Positions 1 to 8,797 of a stretch of 64,000 nucleotides of DNA are shown piece by piece. This DNA is from Chloroflexota bacterium. Its GTDB lineage: Bacteria; Chloroflexota; Anaerolineae; UBA1429. The stretch is from the NCBI GenBank assembly GCA_012729455.1, contig JAAYDC010000014.1:100692-164691 (forward strand), read 5' to 3'. The position numbers and the translations under genes are program-made. Below the pieces are notes generated by a model, which worked only from the letters and a program-made list of their open reading frames with translations, did not search any database and had not been told where the DNA came from. The number at the start of each line of letters is the position of its first letter. Positions within the stretch are counted from its first letter, which is position 1.

Positions 1-1038
1 CTTGGCATAATAGGTCTTGAGCACAGCTCCGAACATCTGCTGAGGTGACTTGCAGGTGGATAGATTATCCAGAAAGTCCGGATAATTCATCTCGCAGTAG
101 CGGATCCATCCCGGAGAGCAAGAGGTGATCATGGGAAGAGTTCCTCCCGTGTTCAACCTGTTCAACAACTCTGTGCCTTCCTCCATGATGGTCAGGTCCG
201 CACTAAAGTTGGTATCGAATACCTTGTCAAAGCCAATTCTTCTCAGGGCTGCCATCATCTTGCCGGTGACAGGGGTTCCCACGGGAAGTCCAAACTCCTC
301 GCCCAGAGATGCTCTCACTGCCGGAGCAGTCTGCACGACGACAAACTTGTCCGGATCCTGGATGGCTTCCCAAACCTGATCGATGTATGACTTTTCTCTG
401 AGGGCGGCAACAGGGCAGGCGTGTATGCACTGACCGCAGTAAATGCAATTCACATCTCTCATGCTGTAATCAAAGGCCGGCGCCACCTCTGTATTAAAGC
501 CTCTCTTGGTAAAGTCTAAAACGCCGATTCCCTGTACATCCCTACAGGTGCTAATACATCTGCCGCAGAGGATGCATTTTGAAGAGTCCCGGATAATGGA
601 ATACGAGAGATCGTCTATGACGGCCTTTCTCGTAGCACCTTTATAGGGAACATCATCAATTCCCAGCTCTCTGCAAAGCTTTTGCAGCTCACAAGTCCCG
701 CTTCTTTTACACGTGAGGCATTCACGGTTGTGATTAGCCAGAATCAACTCAACGTTTTGGCGCACCGCCTTCCGGACTCGGGCAGTATTGGTTCTTACAT
801 TCATGCCTTCTTGAACCTGTAGCACGCAAGATGCCGGCAGGTTCCTCATAGGAACACCGTTCACATCCGCTTCCACAACGCAGACCCTGCAAGCGGCGAT
901 TTCGTTAACGCCCTTTAAATAGCAAAGGGTGGGAATATCGACGCCCGCCTCCTTTGCCGCCAACTGTACAGTATAGTTCTTGGGGACGCTGACGGCAATC
1001 CCGTTAATTGTCACATTGACTTTTTGAACACTATCCAT
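1..1038 (-). CDS. hydA: [FeFe]-hydrogenase catalytic subunit (HydA/HndD-like); N-terminal ~345 aa only, 3' end runs off the window
   Basis: Reverse-complement translation from ATG at 1036-1038 gives MDSVQKVNVTINGIAVSVPKNYTVQLAAKEAGVDIPTLCYLKG...CRVCVVE. This is a 2Fe-2S ferredoxin N-domain, followed by CxxCxxC 4Fe-4S motifs and an H-cluster motif TSCSPGW. The frame stays open to position 1. AGGATGGG Shine-Dalgarno 6 nt upstream. Not in the ORF track because it has no stop inside the window. Confidence 0.85.
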   Translation of the reverse strand, partial: MDSVQKVNVTINGIAVSVPKNYTVQLAAKEAGVDIPTLCYLKGVNEIAACRVCVVEADVNGVPMRNLPASCVLQVQEGMNVRTNTARVRKAVRQNVELILANHNRECLTCKRSGTCELQKLCRELGIDDVPYKGATRKAVIDDLSYSIIRDSSKCILCGRCISTCRDVQGIGVLDFTKRGFNTEVAPAFDYSMRDVNCIYCGQCIHACPVAALREKSYIDQVWEAIQDPDKFVVVQTAPAVRASLGEEFGLPVGTPVTGKMMAALRRIGFDKVFDTNFSADLTIMEEGTELLNRLNTGGTLPMITSCSPGWIRYCEMNYPDFLDNLSTCKSPQQMFGAVLKTYYAK

Positions 1039-1051
1039 ATTATCCCATCCT

Positions 1052-2911
1052 TTATTTCTTAATGATGGCGTTGAATCTGCAAGTATCCATACAGACACCG
1101 CATTTGATGCACTTGTCCTGATCGATGTGGTGCTGTTCTTTGACCGTGCCGGTAATGGCCTTGGCGGGACATTTTCTGGCACACGCGGTACAGCCTGTGC
1201 AGGCATCCGTAATAAAGTAGCTCAACAGAGCCTTGCATTTGCCGGTCGGGCACCTCTTGTCGACTACGTGAGCCACATACTCGTCTCTAAAGTGCTTCAT
1301 TGTGGACAGGACAGGGTTTGGTGCCGTCTGCCCCAGAGCGCAGAGAGATGTGTTTTTAATATTCTCTGCCAGGTCTTCCAGAATAGTCAGATCTTCTATG
1401 GTACCATTGCCTTGTGTGATCTTGTCCAGGATTTCCAGCATTCTCTTTGTTCCTTCGCGGCAAGGAGTACACTTTCCGCAGGATTCATCCACTGTGAAAT
1501 CCAGGAAGAACCGTGCAATGTCTACCATGCAGTTGTCTTCGTCCATGACAATCATTCCGCCGGATCCCATCATAAAACCAATGGCAACCAAATTATCGAA
1601 ATCGATGGGAGCATCCAGGTATTTCTGGGGGAGGCATCCGCCGGAAGGGCCGCCGGTCTGAACCGCCTTGAATTGCTTTCCATTGAGGCAATCCTGACCA
1701 ATGTCATAAATAACTTCCCTGAGGGTGATTCCCATAGGAACTTCTACCAGGCCCGTGTTATTGATCTTGCCGCCAAGAGCAAATACTTTGGTGCCCGGTG
1801 ATTTTTCCGTACCCATGGATTTAAACCATTCGGGGCCATTGAGAATAATTTTGGGGATATTGGCTAGGGTCTCTACGTTGTTGATGATCGTCGGCTTGCC
1901 CCAAAGCCCCTTGTTTGCCGGGAATGGAGGCTTGTTCCTGGACATGCCGCGCTTCCCTTCAATGGAAGCGATCAATGCCGTTTCTTCTCCGCATACAAAG
2001 GCACCGGCACCCAGCCTGATTTCAATATCAAAGTCAAAGCCGCTGCCAAAGATATTCTTACCAATAAAGCCCATATCTTTAGCTTGCTTGATGGCAATCT
2101 TTAGTCTTTCGACAGCGACAGGATACTCGGCTCTCACATAAATAAAGCCCTTTGAAGCACCGATGGCATATCCGCCGATAGCCATTGCTTCTAGAACGGA
2201 GTGAGGGTCACCTTCCAGAACGCTTCTATCCATAAATGCGCCCGGATCTCCCTCGTCAGCATTGCAGATAAAGTACTTTTGGTCTGCTTCGTTGGCTGCA
2301 GCAAAACTCCACTTTAATCCTGTAGGGAATCCCGCACCGCCCCTTCCTCTGAGACCGGAAGCCTTCATAAGATTGATTACATCCTGGGGAGTCATTGTGG
2401 TGACTGATTTAGCCAGGGCCTGATATCCATTAACGGCAATGTAATCGTTGATATCTTCCGGGTTGATTAAACCGCAGTTTTGGAGGACGATTCGCTTTTG
2501 CTTTTTATAGAACTGCAAATCGTTGAGGCTCTTGAGCTTGCCGTTTTCATCTTCGCCGATGGTGTATTCCACCACAGGCTTACCTTTTACCAAGTGCTCA
2601 GAAACGACTCTAGAAACCCGGTCGGGATCCATGTGGATATAGGTAACCTTTTCCTCGTCATGTTCAAAGACCTCGACAATAGGTTCGTATATACACATGC
2701 CGATGCAGCCTGTGGGCATGACCTGAACATTGTCCAGCCCCGCCGCGGCTACTTGTTTCTTTAACGTATCTAAAACCAGCTTTGCTCCGGCAGAAATTCC
2801 GCAGGTGGCCATTCCCACGACGATGCGTCTGCCCTCAGTGGCTTCAAGATTCTTTACAGCATTGGCTTTCAGTTGGTTTAATTCATTGATACTGTTGTTC
2901 ATCTGCGCCAC
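1052..2911 (-). CDS. hydB: NADH-binding flavoprotein subunit of bifurcating [FeFe]-hydrogenase (NuoF-like, HydB/HndC). Has an N-terminal thioredoxin-like 2Fe-2S domain, an FMN/NADH core and C-terminal 2x[4Fe-4S] ferredoxin domains
   Basis: 619 aa. NuoF-like motifs GRGGAGFPTG and the 51-kDa subunit 4Fe-4S motif ESCGKCTPCREG. C-terminal CTGCTACARKCP and CIKCGVCMDTC ferredoxin motifs. Confidence 0.9.
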   Translation of the reverse strand: MAQMNNSINELNQLKANAVKNLEATEGRRIVVGMATCGISAGAKLVLDTLKKQVAAAGLDNVQVMPTGCIGMCIYEPIVEVFEHDEEKVTYIHMDPDRVSRVVSEHLVKGKPVVEYTIGEDENGKLKSLNDLQFYKKQKRIVLQNCGLINPEDINDYIAVNGYQALAKSVTTMTPQDVINLMKASGLRGRGGAGFPTGLKWSFAAANEADQKYFICNADEGDPGAFMDRSVLEGDPHSVLEAMAIGGYAIGASKGFIYVRAEYPVAVERLKIAIKQAKDMGFIGKNIFGSGFDFDIEIRLGAGAFVCGEETALIASIEGKRGMSRNKPPFPANKGLWGKPTIINNVETLANIPKIILNGPEWFKSMGTEKSPGTKVFALGGKINNTGLVEVPMGITLREVIYDIGQDCLNGKQFKAVQTGGPSGGCLPQKYLDAPIDFDNLVAIGFMMGSGGMIVMDEDNCMVDIARFFLDFTVDESCGKCTPCREGTKRMLEILDKITQGNGTIEDLTILEDLAENIKNTSLCALGQTAPNPVLSTMKHFRDEYVAHVVDKRCPTGKCKALLSYFITDACTGCTACARKCPAKAITGTVKEQHHIDQDKCIKCGVCMDTCRFNAIIKK

Positions 2912-2912
2912 C

Positions 2913-3458
2913 TCACTCTCTGTACTTATTAAGAATCGCTGAAATAACGCTTACGTCATCCAGTTTCCCGTATACGGTATCGTCGATCATGATGACCGGG
3001 GCCAGGCCGCAACACCCCAGACAACGGGTGGCATCGAGAGTGAACAAACCATCTTGGGTGGTTTCACCCACACCAACCCCCAATTCCTCGACGACCTTGT
3101 CCATAACTTTTTGAGCCCCTCTTACATAGCATGCCGTACCGAGACAAACTCCGACATGATGCTTGCCCCTCGGTTTAATGGCAAACTGGCTATAGAACGT
3201 CGCGATTCCATAGAGCTCTGCGATGGGGACGCCAATGTTCTCGGAAATAAACTTCTGAACCTCAAGAGGGAGGTATCCGAATATTCTCTGTGCCTCTTGA
3301 AGCACTGTCATAGTAATACCTTCGGAACCTTTGACAGAGTCGATATACGCTTTTAATTCCGCATATCTCTCGTCATTAGCTCTGTCACAGTTGCATCCGC
3401 AGTCATTTTGCATTTTACAAATCTCCTTTATTACTTGTGACAATGCTTGGTAAATCAA
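2913..3458 (-). CDS. hydC: NuoE-like [2Fe-2S] subunit of bifurcating hydrogenase (HydC/HndA)
   Basis: 181 aa. Thioredoxin-like 2Fe-2S motif region GVCLGTACYVRGAQ ... CLGCCGLAPV. Stop abuts the hydB start by 2 nt. Confidence 0.85.
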   Translation of the reverse strand: MIYQALSQVIKEICKMQNDCGCNCDRANDERYAELKAYIDSVKGSEGITMTVLQEAQRIFGYLPLEVQKFISENIGVPIAELYGIATFYSQFAIKPRGKHHVGVCLGTACYVRGAQKVMDKVVEELGVGVGETTQDGLFTLDATRCLGCCGLAPVIMIDDTVYGKLDDVSVISAILNKYRE

Positions 3459-3622
3459 TCATGATCTTGAACAACATTGCCTCCGATAATCCCTATCATA
3501 CAGCAAAAAACGGGCAGCCAATGATTGCCTGTGTAAAAATTGGCTTACCCGTACTCGTACGCTACATACACAGGGCTCGCACCCCTATGCAATAAAACAT
3601 GAAAACGCAAGTCTCCTGACTC

Positions 3623-3660
3623 AGGATAGGGAGGTAAAACTATCTCCTGAGAACCTATCC
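3623..3660. other. Perfect 8-bp inverted repeat hairpin (aggatagg ... cctatcct) in the AT-richer leader upstream of hydC
   Basis: Read directly: aggatagggaggtaaaactatctcctgagaacctatcct. An adjacent GNRA-type hairpin (agcc gaaa ggct) lies ~40 nt away. Probably part of a structured 5' UTR or a Rho-independent terminator of an upstream gene. Confidence 0.3.
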
Positions 3661-4129
3661 TACCTTTTTATAGGCGGCTTACTCCTCAATGGAAGCCTTT
3701 CGGCTCACATCAGGTCTCCCTGATGCTTTGGCAGATCCTCACGTCTACAGCGCCGGTTACGTTGGGTTTTGCCAACTGAATGGCACACCCACCCCATCTT
3801 CGCACCTGCCTGGCCTTTCAGCAAGTACGAAAGGACCATATAGTTTTTTACACGGATAAATGTCTCTATCCGGGATTCCTGAAAAGGTAGAACCACCACC
3901 CTCCGGGTCTCGATTCTACAAGTCTCCAGCCATTTGTCAAGACTGTCAACATGATTTTAGCGCCGGAACGCTGCCCTCTTTCTGGAGAGCAAATTGTCTA
4001 AAGCCGTCCGCACAAAAGGGATAGATGAGAGGACGCGGTGTACGTTGCGCAAAGGACTCGCCAGCCGCCATGCGCGCATCCGCGCATACTGTCAGCACGG
4101 CGCCGTTGCGCGCCTTGCTCTCGCAGCGC

Positions 4130-5482
4130 TCAGTTTCCGTTGGCGACGCTGTCGGCACCGAGGATCAGGATCAGGTCGACATCCGAGGTCTCGCCGGCAA
4201 AGGTGCGCACATTTTCGGGAAAGACCCCATATTCCTGCACCAGGAATTCGAGGGTATAGGGCTTGTCGTTATAGACCACGATGGTGGTCTGAGGCTGGTC
4301 AAAATCCGAGACCGTATCATAGCGGATCACATTAAAGCCCCTTTCGCGCAGTGCCAAAGTTTGAGCCTCGCCCAGGGCATCCACTCCGCTGCCATTACGC
4401 AGCTCGATGCGGGCAGCCTCGGCAGCGATCTGGCTGCGCGTCGGGTCGGGGGTACTATCCAGAGGGGTCGAGTTGGGGAACAACTCCGTCACTAAAGCGT
4501 ACACCTTGTCCCAATCGGCCTGCTGCACCATTGCACCAGTCTGTGTGGTCACAGATCTGGTCATGGTTTCGTCGATCTGGGCGGTCCGCAGGTTGTCTTT
4601 GCTCAAGCTGCGTGCCATCTCGGCCAGTGCGATCATCTCACGCAGGTTCAGGTCGGTGACGATCGAATCGCCCGCCAGCTTGACCAGCCCCGGGATAGAC
4701 GAGAGCGGGATATTGAGCGAGAGCACCTTATCGCGGATCGCCATGATTACCTGCTGCTGACGCTCCATGCGGTTAAAATCGTTTGAATCATGCCGCGTAC
4801 GAGCATACTCGAGGGCACGTTTGCCATCCAGCTGCTGAATGCCCGGCTGGAACTCGACCGTATAGGTGCCATAGTTGTTATCAGGGTAGGCACTATCGTA
4901 AATATGGCGCGGCACATCGATCGTAATGCCGCCAATAGCATCCACCATCTTCTCAAAGCCGGTAAAGTTGATGCGCATGAAATAGTGCACTGGCACACCC
5001 AGGGCTTCCTGCACCGTCAGTTTGGCCAAAGCCGGCCCGCCGCCGGGGTAGTGGTAGAAATCGCCCAGGGAATGCGCGGCGTTGATGCGATTTTCGCCAT
5101 ACCCCGGTATCTTGACCCACAAATCGCGCGGGATCGACAAAAGCGACGCCTTGTTGGTGGAGGGGTCAATGGAAAAAAGCATCATCGTGTCCGAGCGCCA
5201 GGGACCTGCTTCGCCCTCACGCTGGTCGATGCCCAGCAGCAGTACATTGACGGGTTCTTTTTTGGCGACCACATCGGGCAGCTCGTGCGCGGGGGCGCGC
5301 CCTGGGATCGCGTTCGGGTCGTTGAGGATCGGGATAAGCGGCAGCGAGGTGTTCGCAACCACCGCCTTGACGGTCGAGAAGAACAGATAACCGCTATAGA
5401 TCGCGCCGGATAGCAAGACCACCATCATAAACGAAACCAGCGCTCGGCGCGCACTGTGCGCGAAACTGGATCTTGCTCCCAT
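4130..5482 (-). CDS. LytR-CpsA-Psr (LCP) family cell-envelope glycopolymer transferase with an N-terminal TM anchor and C-terminal LytR_C-like domain
   Basis: 450 aa. TM helix FMMVVLLSGAIYSGYLFF. LCP-core-like LLLGIDQRE...RSDTMMLFSIDP...SIPRDLWV...YARTRH. Confidence 0.85.
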   Translation of the reverse strand: MGARSSFAHSARRALVSFMMVVLLSGAIYSGYLFFSTVKAVVANTSLPLIPILNDPNAIPGRAPAHELPDVVAKKEPVNVLLLGIDQREGEAGPWRSDTMMLFSIDPSTNKASLLSIPRDLWVKIPGYGENRINAAHSLGDFYHYPGGGPALAKLTVQEALGVPVHYFMRINFTGFEKMVDAIGGITIDVPRHIYDSAYPDNNYGTYTVEFQPGIQQLDGKRALEYARTRHDSNDFNRMERQQQVIMAIRDKVLSLNIPLSSIPGLVKLAGDSIVTDLNLREMIALAEMARSLSKDNLRTAQIDETMTRSVTTQTGAMVQQADWDKVYALVTELFPNSTPLDSTPDPTRSQIAAEAARIELRNGSGVDALGEAQTLALRERGFNVIRYDTVSDFDQPQTTIVVYNDKPYTLEFLVQEYGVFPENVRTFAGETSDVDLILILGADSVANGN

Positions 5483-5615
5483 CTCTGCCCTTTATCATCC
5501 GTCTTTATCGACTAGTATAGCACACTGCCCGGCGCCTACCAACATTAGCAGTGATTGCAGAACCAGTCGCTATATTTTATACTGAAAATCTATCTGATTT
5601 GTTCCAAGGAACGCC

Positions 5616-7277
5616 GTGTTGCCTCAGGGATTGCTGCTGGCTGGCCGCTACCTGGTGATTGAGTGGGCTGGCCGTGACGGCCTAACCGAAGTCTACCGCG
5701 CCTGGGATTCGCTCCTGGGCACACCGGTGCGCCTTGAAGCACTGCCAGCGGCCCCCCAGGGGATTGCCCCCGCGCGTTGGGCGCAGCAACTAGCCTCCAT
5801 GCGCACCGAAGCCGAATTGGGCGCCCAGCTGCAGCATCGCGGGCTGGTGGAGGTTACGGGGCTCGTCCGTAGTGCCTCTGGTGATTATGTGCTAGTACGC
5901 AAAGACTATGCCGGCGCCAGCCTGGCCGACGAACTGCATTCAGGGCGTACCCTGCCGGCTATGCAGACGACCTCAGTCTTTCGCCAGGTCTGCAGCACAC
6001 TGCGGGCGATCTCAGCCACCGGCATGCTGAACGGCCGCCTGGAAGCCGGCAGCATCTGGCTGAGCGGTGAGCGTGTCCGCCTGACCAGCCTGGGCGCCAG
6101 CCTGCGGCCTGCCCCCGTACGGTCCGCCTCAGAACCATGGCCGGCGGGGCTCAACAGCGACCCAGCAGCCGAGGCCAGCCTCGTGCAGCAGATCGGCCGC
6201 CTGATGGTCGCCACGCTGACTGGCAATCCCTGCCACGGGCAACCTCTGGCGCTGCGGCCGCGCGCACTCAATAGCATCATCGAATGCGCCCTCGGGCAGC
6301 ACGGAAGGGCCTATCGCGGCTTGGCAGAGCTCGAGCATGACCTGTATGCGATGGAGAATGAGTCGCCGCGTGCCGAAGTCGCCATGCTGTGGCAGCGTGC
6401 CCCGGTTGCCGCGCGGATTGGGATCAGCGTCCTGCTGATCGTGCTCCTGCTGGGGGCTGGGCTGGTCCTCAGCCAAGGCTGGAACAGGCTGCACGCCTTG
6501 GATGCCGCGCCAGTGTCGGCCACCCCCACATATACTCTGGCCTGGCCGGTTGTGCACACCGACGCGCACGGCGATAAGGACACAGGAAGCTTGCCAGTTC
6601 GTGATGCACGCGACACCTATGAGCCCGACGAGGGACATGCGGCGCTGCTTCAGCCCGGCGTGCAGCAGGCGCATACCTTTTACCCGCAAGGGGATACCGA
6701 CTGGGTGATGTTCCCGGTCCAGCGCGGCTGGACCTATATGCTGCAGGCGATTAACCAGGGTGACGCGCAGATCCAGCTGGACGTGAACGATGGGGCGCAA
6801 AACTGGCAGGGAATCTCGCCCGCGGCGGGCCAAAACGCGCTGGTTACGCTGATACCCTCTCAGGATAGCACCGCCCTGGTAAAGGTCAGCGCTCTGGGCA
6901 CCTTTGGCGAGGGCAGTGCCTTTGTGCTTTACTTGACGGAATTTCCGCCCGATAGCGCGCCACCCGCCCCTGAGCCCACCCGTGAGATCGTTGCCCAGCC
7001 GACGCGCACCCCGCGCCCGGTGATGACTCCGCTGCCCACAGCACCGCGTGCCACTGCAGCGCCAGGGGTCACAAGCGCGCCGGCAACCACCCGTACAGCG
7101 CAGATCAGCGCAACCCCGAAGCCCTCGCTCACGCCTACCCGCACGCGCACACCGCGCCTGACGCGCAGTGCCACCCTCAGCCGCACGCCCACCATTACGC
7201 CAACCCCGACGCCCTCGCTCACGCCTACCTCTACCGATACGCCCGTGCCCAGCACGCGCGAATCGGTGGTGCCCTGA
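5616..7277 (+). CDS. Membrane pseudokinase. Has a degenerate Hanks-type Ser/Thr kinase-like N-domain, one TM helix, an extracytoplasmic domain and a Pro/Thr-rich tail
   Basis: GTG start. Kinase-like order: GRYLVIEWAGRDGLTEVYRA (degenerate Gly loop), VRLEAL where VAIK is expected (no catalytic Lys), no HRD Asp, SLG where DFG is expected. TM helix IGISVLLIVLLLGAGLVL. Tail TPTPTPSLTPTSTDTPVPSTR. Confidence 0.6.
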   Translation: MLPQGLLLAGRYLVIEWAGRDGLTEVYRAWDSLLGTPVRLEALPAAPQGIAPARWAQQLASMRTEAELGAQLQHRGLVEVTGLVRSASGDYVLVRKDYAGASLADELHSGRTLPAMQTTSVFRQVCSTLRAISATGMLNGRLEAGSIWLSGERVRLTSLGASLRPAPVRSASEPWPAGLNSDPAAEASLVQQIGRLMVATLTGNPCHGQPLALRPRALNSIIECALGQHGRAYRGLAELEHDLYAMENESPRAEVAMLWQRAPVAARIGISVLLIVLLLGAGLVLSQGWNRLHALDAAPVSATPTYTLAWPVVHTDAHGDKDTGSLPVRDARDTYEPDEGHAALLQPGVQQAHTFYPQGDTDWVMFPVQRGWTYMLQAINQGDAQIQLDVNDGAQNWQGISPAAGQNALVTLIPSQDSTALVKVSALGTFGEGSAFVLYLTEFPPDSAPPAPEPTREIVAQPTRTPRPVMTPLPTAPRATAAPGVTSAPATTRTAQISATPKPSLTPTRTRTPRLTRSATLSRTPTITPTPTPSLTPTSTDTPVPSTRESVVP

Positions 7278-7278
7278 A

Positions 7279-7488
7279 TCAGGATTCGTCAGGCGGCAGT
7301 ACCTGCAGTTGGGTAACCTTTAGTTCAGCCTTATCGAGCTCAGCCTCGCAATACTGTGAAATCCGAATGCCTTCTTCGTAGAGTGCCAGCATCTCTTCCA
7401 GAGGGTGCTGACTGCTATCCAGGGCTTGAACAATACTTTCCAGCCGGCGGTAACCCGCCTCAAAGCTCTCAATCTGCTTCTTTTTCAT
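7279..7488 (-). CDS. xseB: Exodeoxyribonuclease VII small subunit
   Basis: 69 aa MKKKQIESFEAGYRRLESIVQALDSSQHPLEEMLALYEEGIRISQYCEAELDKAELKVTQLQVLPPDES. Stop of xseA is 1 nt upstream. The rest of the 239-aa track ORF is antisense junk. Confidence 0.8.
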   Translation of the reverse strand: MKKKQIESFEAGYRRLESIVQALDSSQHPLEEMLALYEEGIRISQYCEAELDKAELKVTQLQVLPPDES

Positions 7489-7489
7489 A

Positions 7490-8698
7490 TCAGGGCTCCT
7501 TAGGCTCTGTGCGGGTAACACTCGCTTGGGCGGTGCCATCAGCCAGGCGTAAGGTGATAGCCTCCGGCGGGACCAGCTGGCTGATGCTGGTAACCAGCGC
7601 CTGCGATTCGCCTTTGTAGACCAGTGCATAGCCGCGCTCGAGGACGTGCTGTACATCCAGAGAACGCAGCTGCTGGATGCTGACCTGCAGGCGCTGGCGT
7701 TGGAGCGCCAGGTAGTTGGCCATGGAGGCCTCGGCGCGTTGGCGCAACATATCGACTTGCTGGCGCTGTTCCTGCATCCGCCGCAGCGGATTGTGCACCG
7801 CCAGGGCACGCTGCTCGCGCCTGACGAGCTCGCGCCAGCCAGCCAGGTTGCGGGTGACCATCTCGTCCAGCATGCCGCGTAATTGCTCCAGACGCCCGCT
7901 GATTTGTACCAGGTCAGGTACGGCTGCCACAGCCGCTGCGGTGGGCGTGGGGGCGCGATAGTCAGCTGCATAGTCGATGATCGTGAAATCGGTATCATGC
8001 CCGACTCCCGAAATAACCGGCGTGGGCGAGTTGGCTACAGCACGCACCACGGCTTCGTCGTTAAAAGCCCACAGGTCCTGCGGCGACCCGCCGCCACGTG
8101 CCACGATGATCACATCGCACAGGCCTGTGGCGTTCAGGGCGTTTAGTGCCGCCACGATAGCGGCTGGCGCCTCATCACCCTGCACGGCGCTGTGCGCCAG
8201 GATCACCTCGACCAGCGGGTTGCGCTGCCGCAGCACATTGAGGATATCCTGCCAGGCTGCTCCCGATTCAGAGGTTACCACCCCGATGCGCCGCGGCCAG
8301 GCGGGCAGGGCGCGCTTGCGTTCCTCGGCAAAGAGCCCTTCAGCCTCGAGGCGCTCTTTGATCGCCATGAACTGCGCCCACAACCTCCCCAGACCGCCGT
8401 GCAGTAACTGATCAACGCGCAGCTGATAGTAGCCCCCGCCGAGATAGACGGTGATGCTGCCGTGGGCTTCGGCCAGGTCGCCGGGTTGCGGCGCCCAGGT
8501 CAGACGCGCCGCCTGCTGGCGCCAGATCACGCAGCGCAGCGATGAAGCCTGGTCTTTGAGGGTAAAGTAGATGTGTCCCGCGCTGGCACGCTTAAAATCG
8601 CTGATTTCTCCGGCGACCCACAGGTCCTCAAAGACACCTGAGCCCTCAAGCGCCTCTTTGATATAGCCGTTCAGCTGCTCGACAGTGAACATTTTCAT
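7490..8698 (-). CDS. xseA: Exodeoxyribonuclease VII large subunit
   Basis: OB-fold N-terminus (IYFTLKD, RCVIWR), then the catalytic domain (GVVTSESGAA, IIVARGGGS, ISGVGHDTDFT). Start chosen at MKMFTVEQL; the track ORF extends 19 codons further. Confidence 0.85.
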   Translation of the reverse strand: MKMFTVEQLNGYIKEALEGSGVFEDLWVAGEISDFKRASAGHIYFTLKDQASSLRCVIWRQQAARLTWAPQPGDLAEAHGSITVYLGGGYYQLRVDQLLHGGLGRLWAQFMAIKERLEAEGLFAEERKRALPAWPRRIGVVTSESGAAWQDILNVLRQRNPLVEVILAHSAVQGDEAPAAIVAALNALNATGLCDVIIVARGGGSPQDLWAFNDEAVVRAVANSPTPVISGVGHDTDFTIIDYAADYRAPTPTAAAVAAVPDLVQISGRLEQLRGMLDEMVTRNLAGWRELVRREQRALAVHNPLRRMQEQRQQVDMLRQRAEASMANYLALQRQRLQVSIQQLRSLDVQHVLERGYALVYKGESQALVTSISQLVPPEAITLRLADGTAQASVTRTEPKEP

Positions 8699-8769
8699 GG
8701 CACTATTATAGCACAGCCGCACCTGGCCCAACATAGTTGACACCTCCTCGGGCACGTGTTAAGATGAGC

Positions 8770-8789
8770 TTGTACGTACAACTGTACAG
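8770..8789. promoter_or_regulatory. Candidate GntR-family operator. A perfect 12-bp palindrome ttgtacgtacaa is immediately followed by the 8-bp palindrome ctgtacag, 9 nt upstream of the GntR start codon
   Basis: Read directly in the xseA/gntR divergent intergenic region. GT-N-AC palindromes are the known operator type for GntR/HutC regulators. Its position overlaps the RBS and leader, which suggests autoregulation of the downstream operon. Confidence 0.45.
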
Positions 8790-8797
8790 GTTGGCTG

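Noticed and set aside
3890-3915. tRNA-like T-arm resemblance (gggtctcgattc)
   Set aside because: No complementary T-stem, acceptor stem or anticodon arm could be built on either strand.
3946-4495. Cluster of overlapping 70-156-aa ORFs at the GC transition
   Set aside because: They are mutually overlapping, Arg-rich, and antisense to the LCP gene or in the non-coding junction. There is no coding signal.
7100-7260. Short nucleotide direct repeats in the pseudokinase tail; considered as a possible repeat array
   Set aside because: They are in-frame codons for a Pro/Thr/Ser-rich linker (TPTPTPSLTPT). They are not spaced repeats and are not a CRISPR.
7489-7998. 5' two-thirds of the 239-aa minus-strand track ORF 7279..7998
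   Set aside because: Only the last 69 codons (7279..7488) are a real gene (xseB, starting at MKKKQ). The upstream part is Arg/Trp/Ser-rich antisense of xseA, typical of a high-GC artefact.
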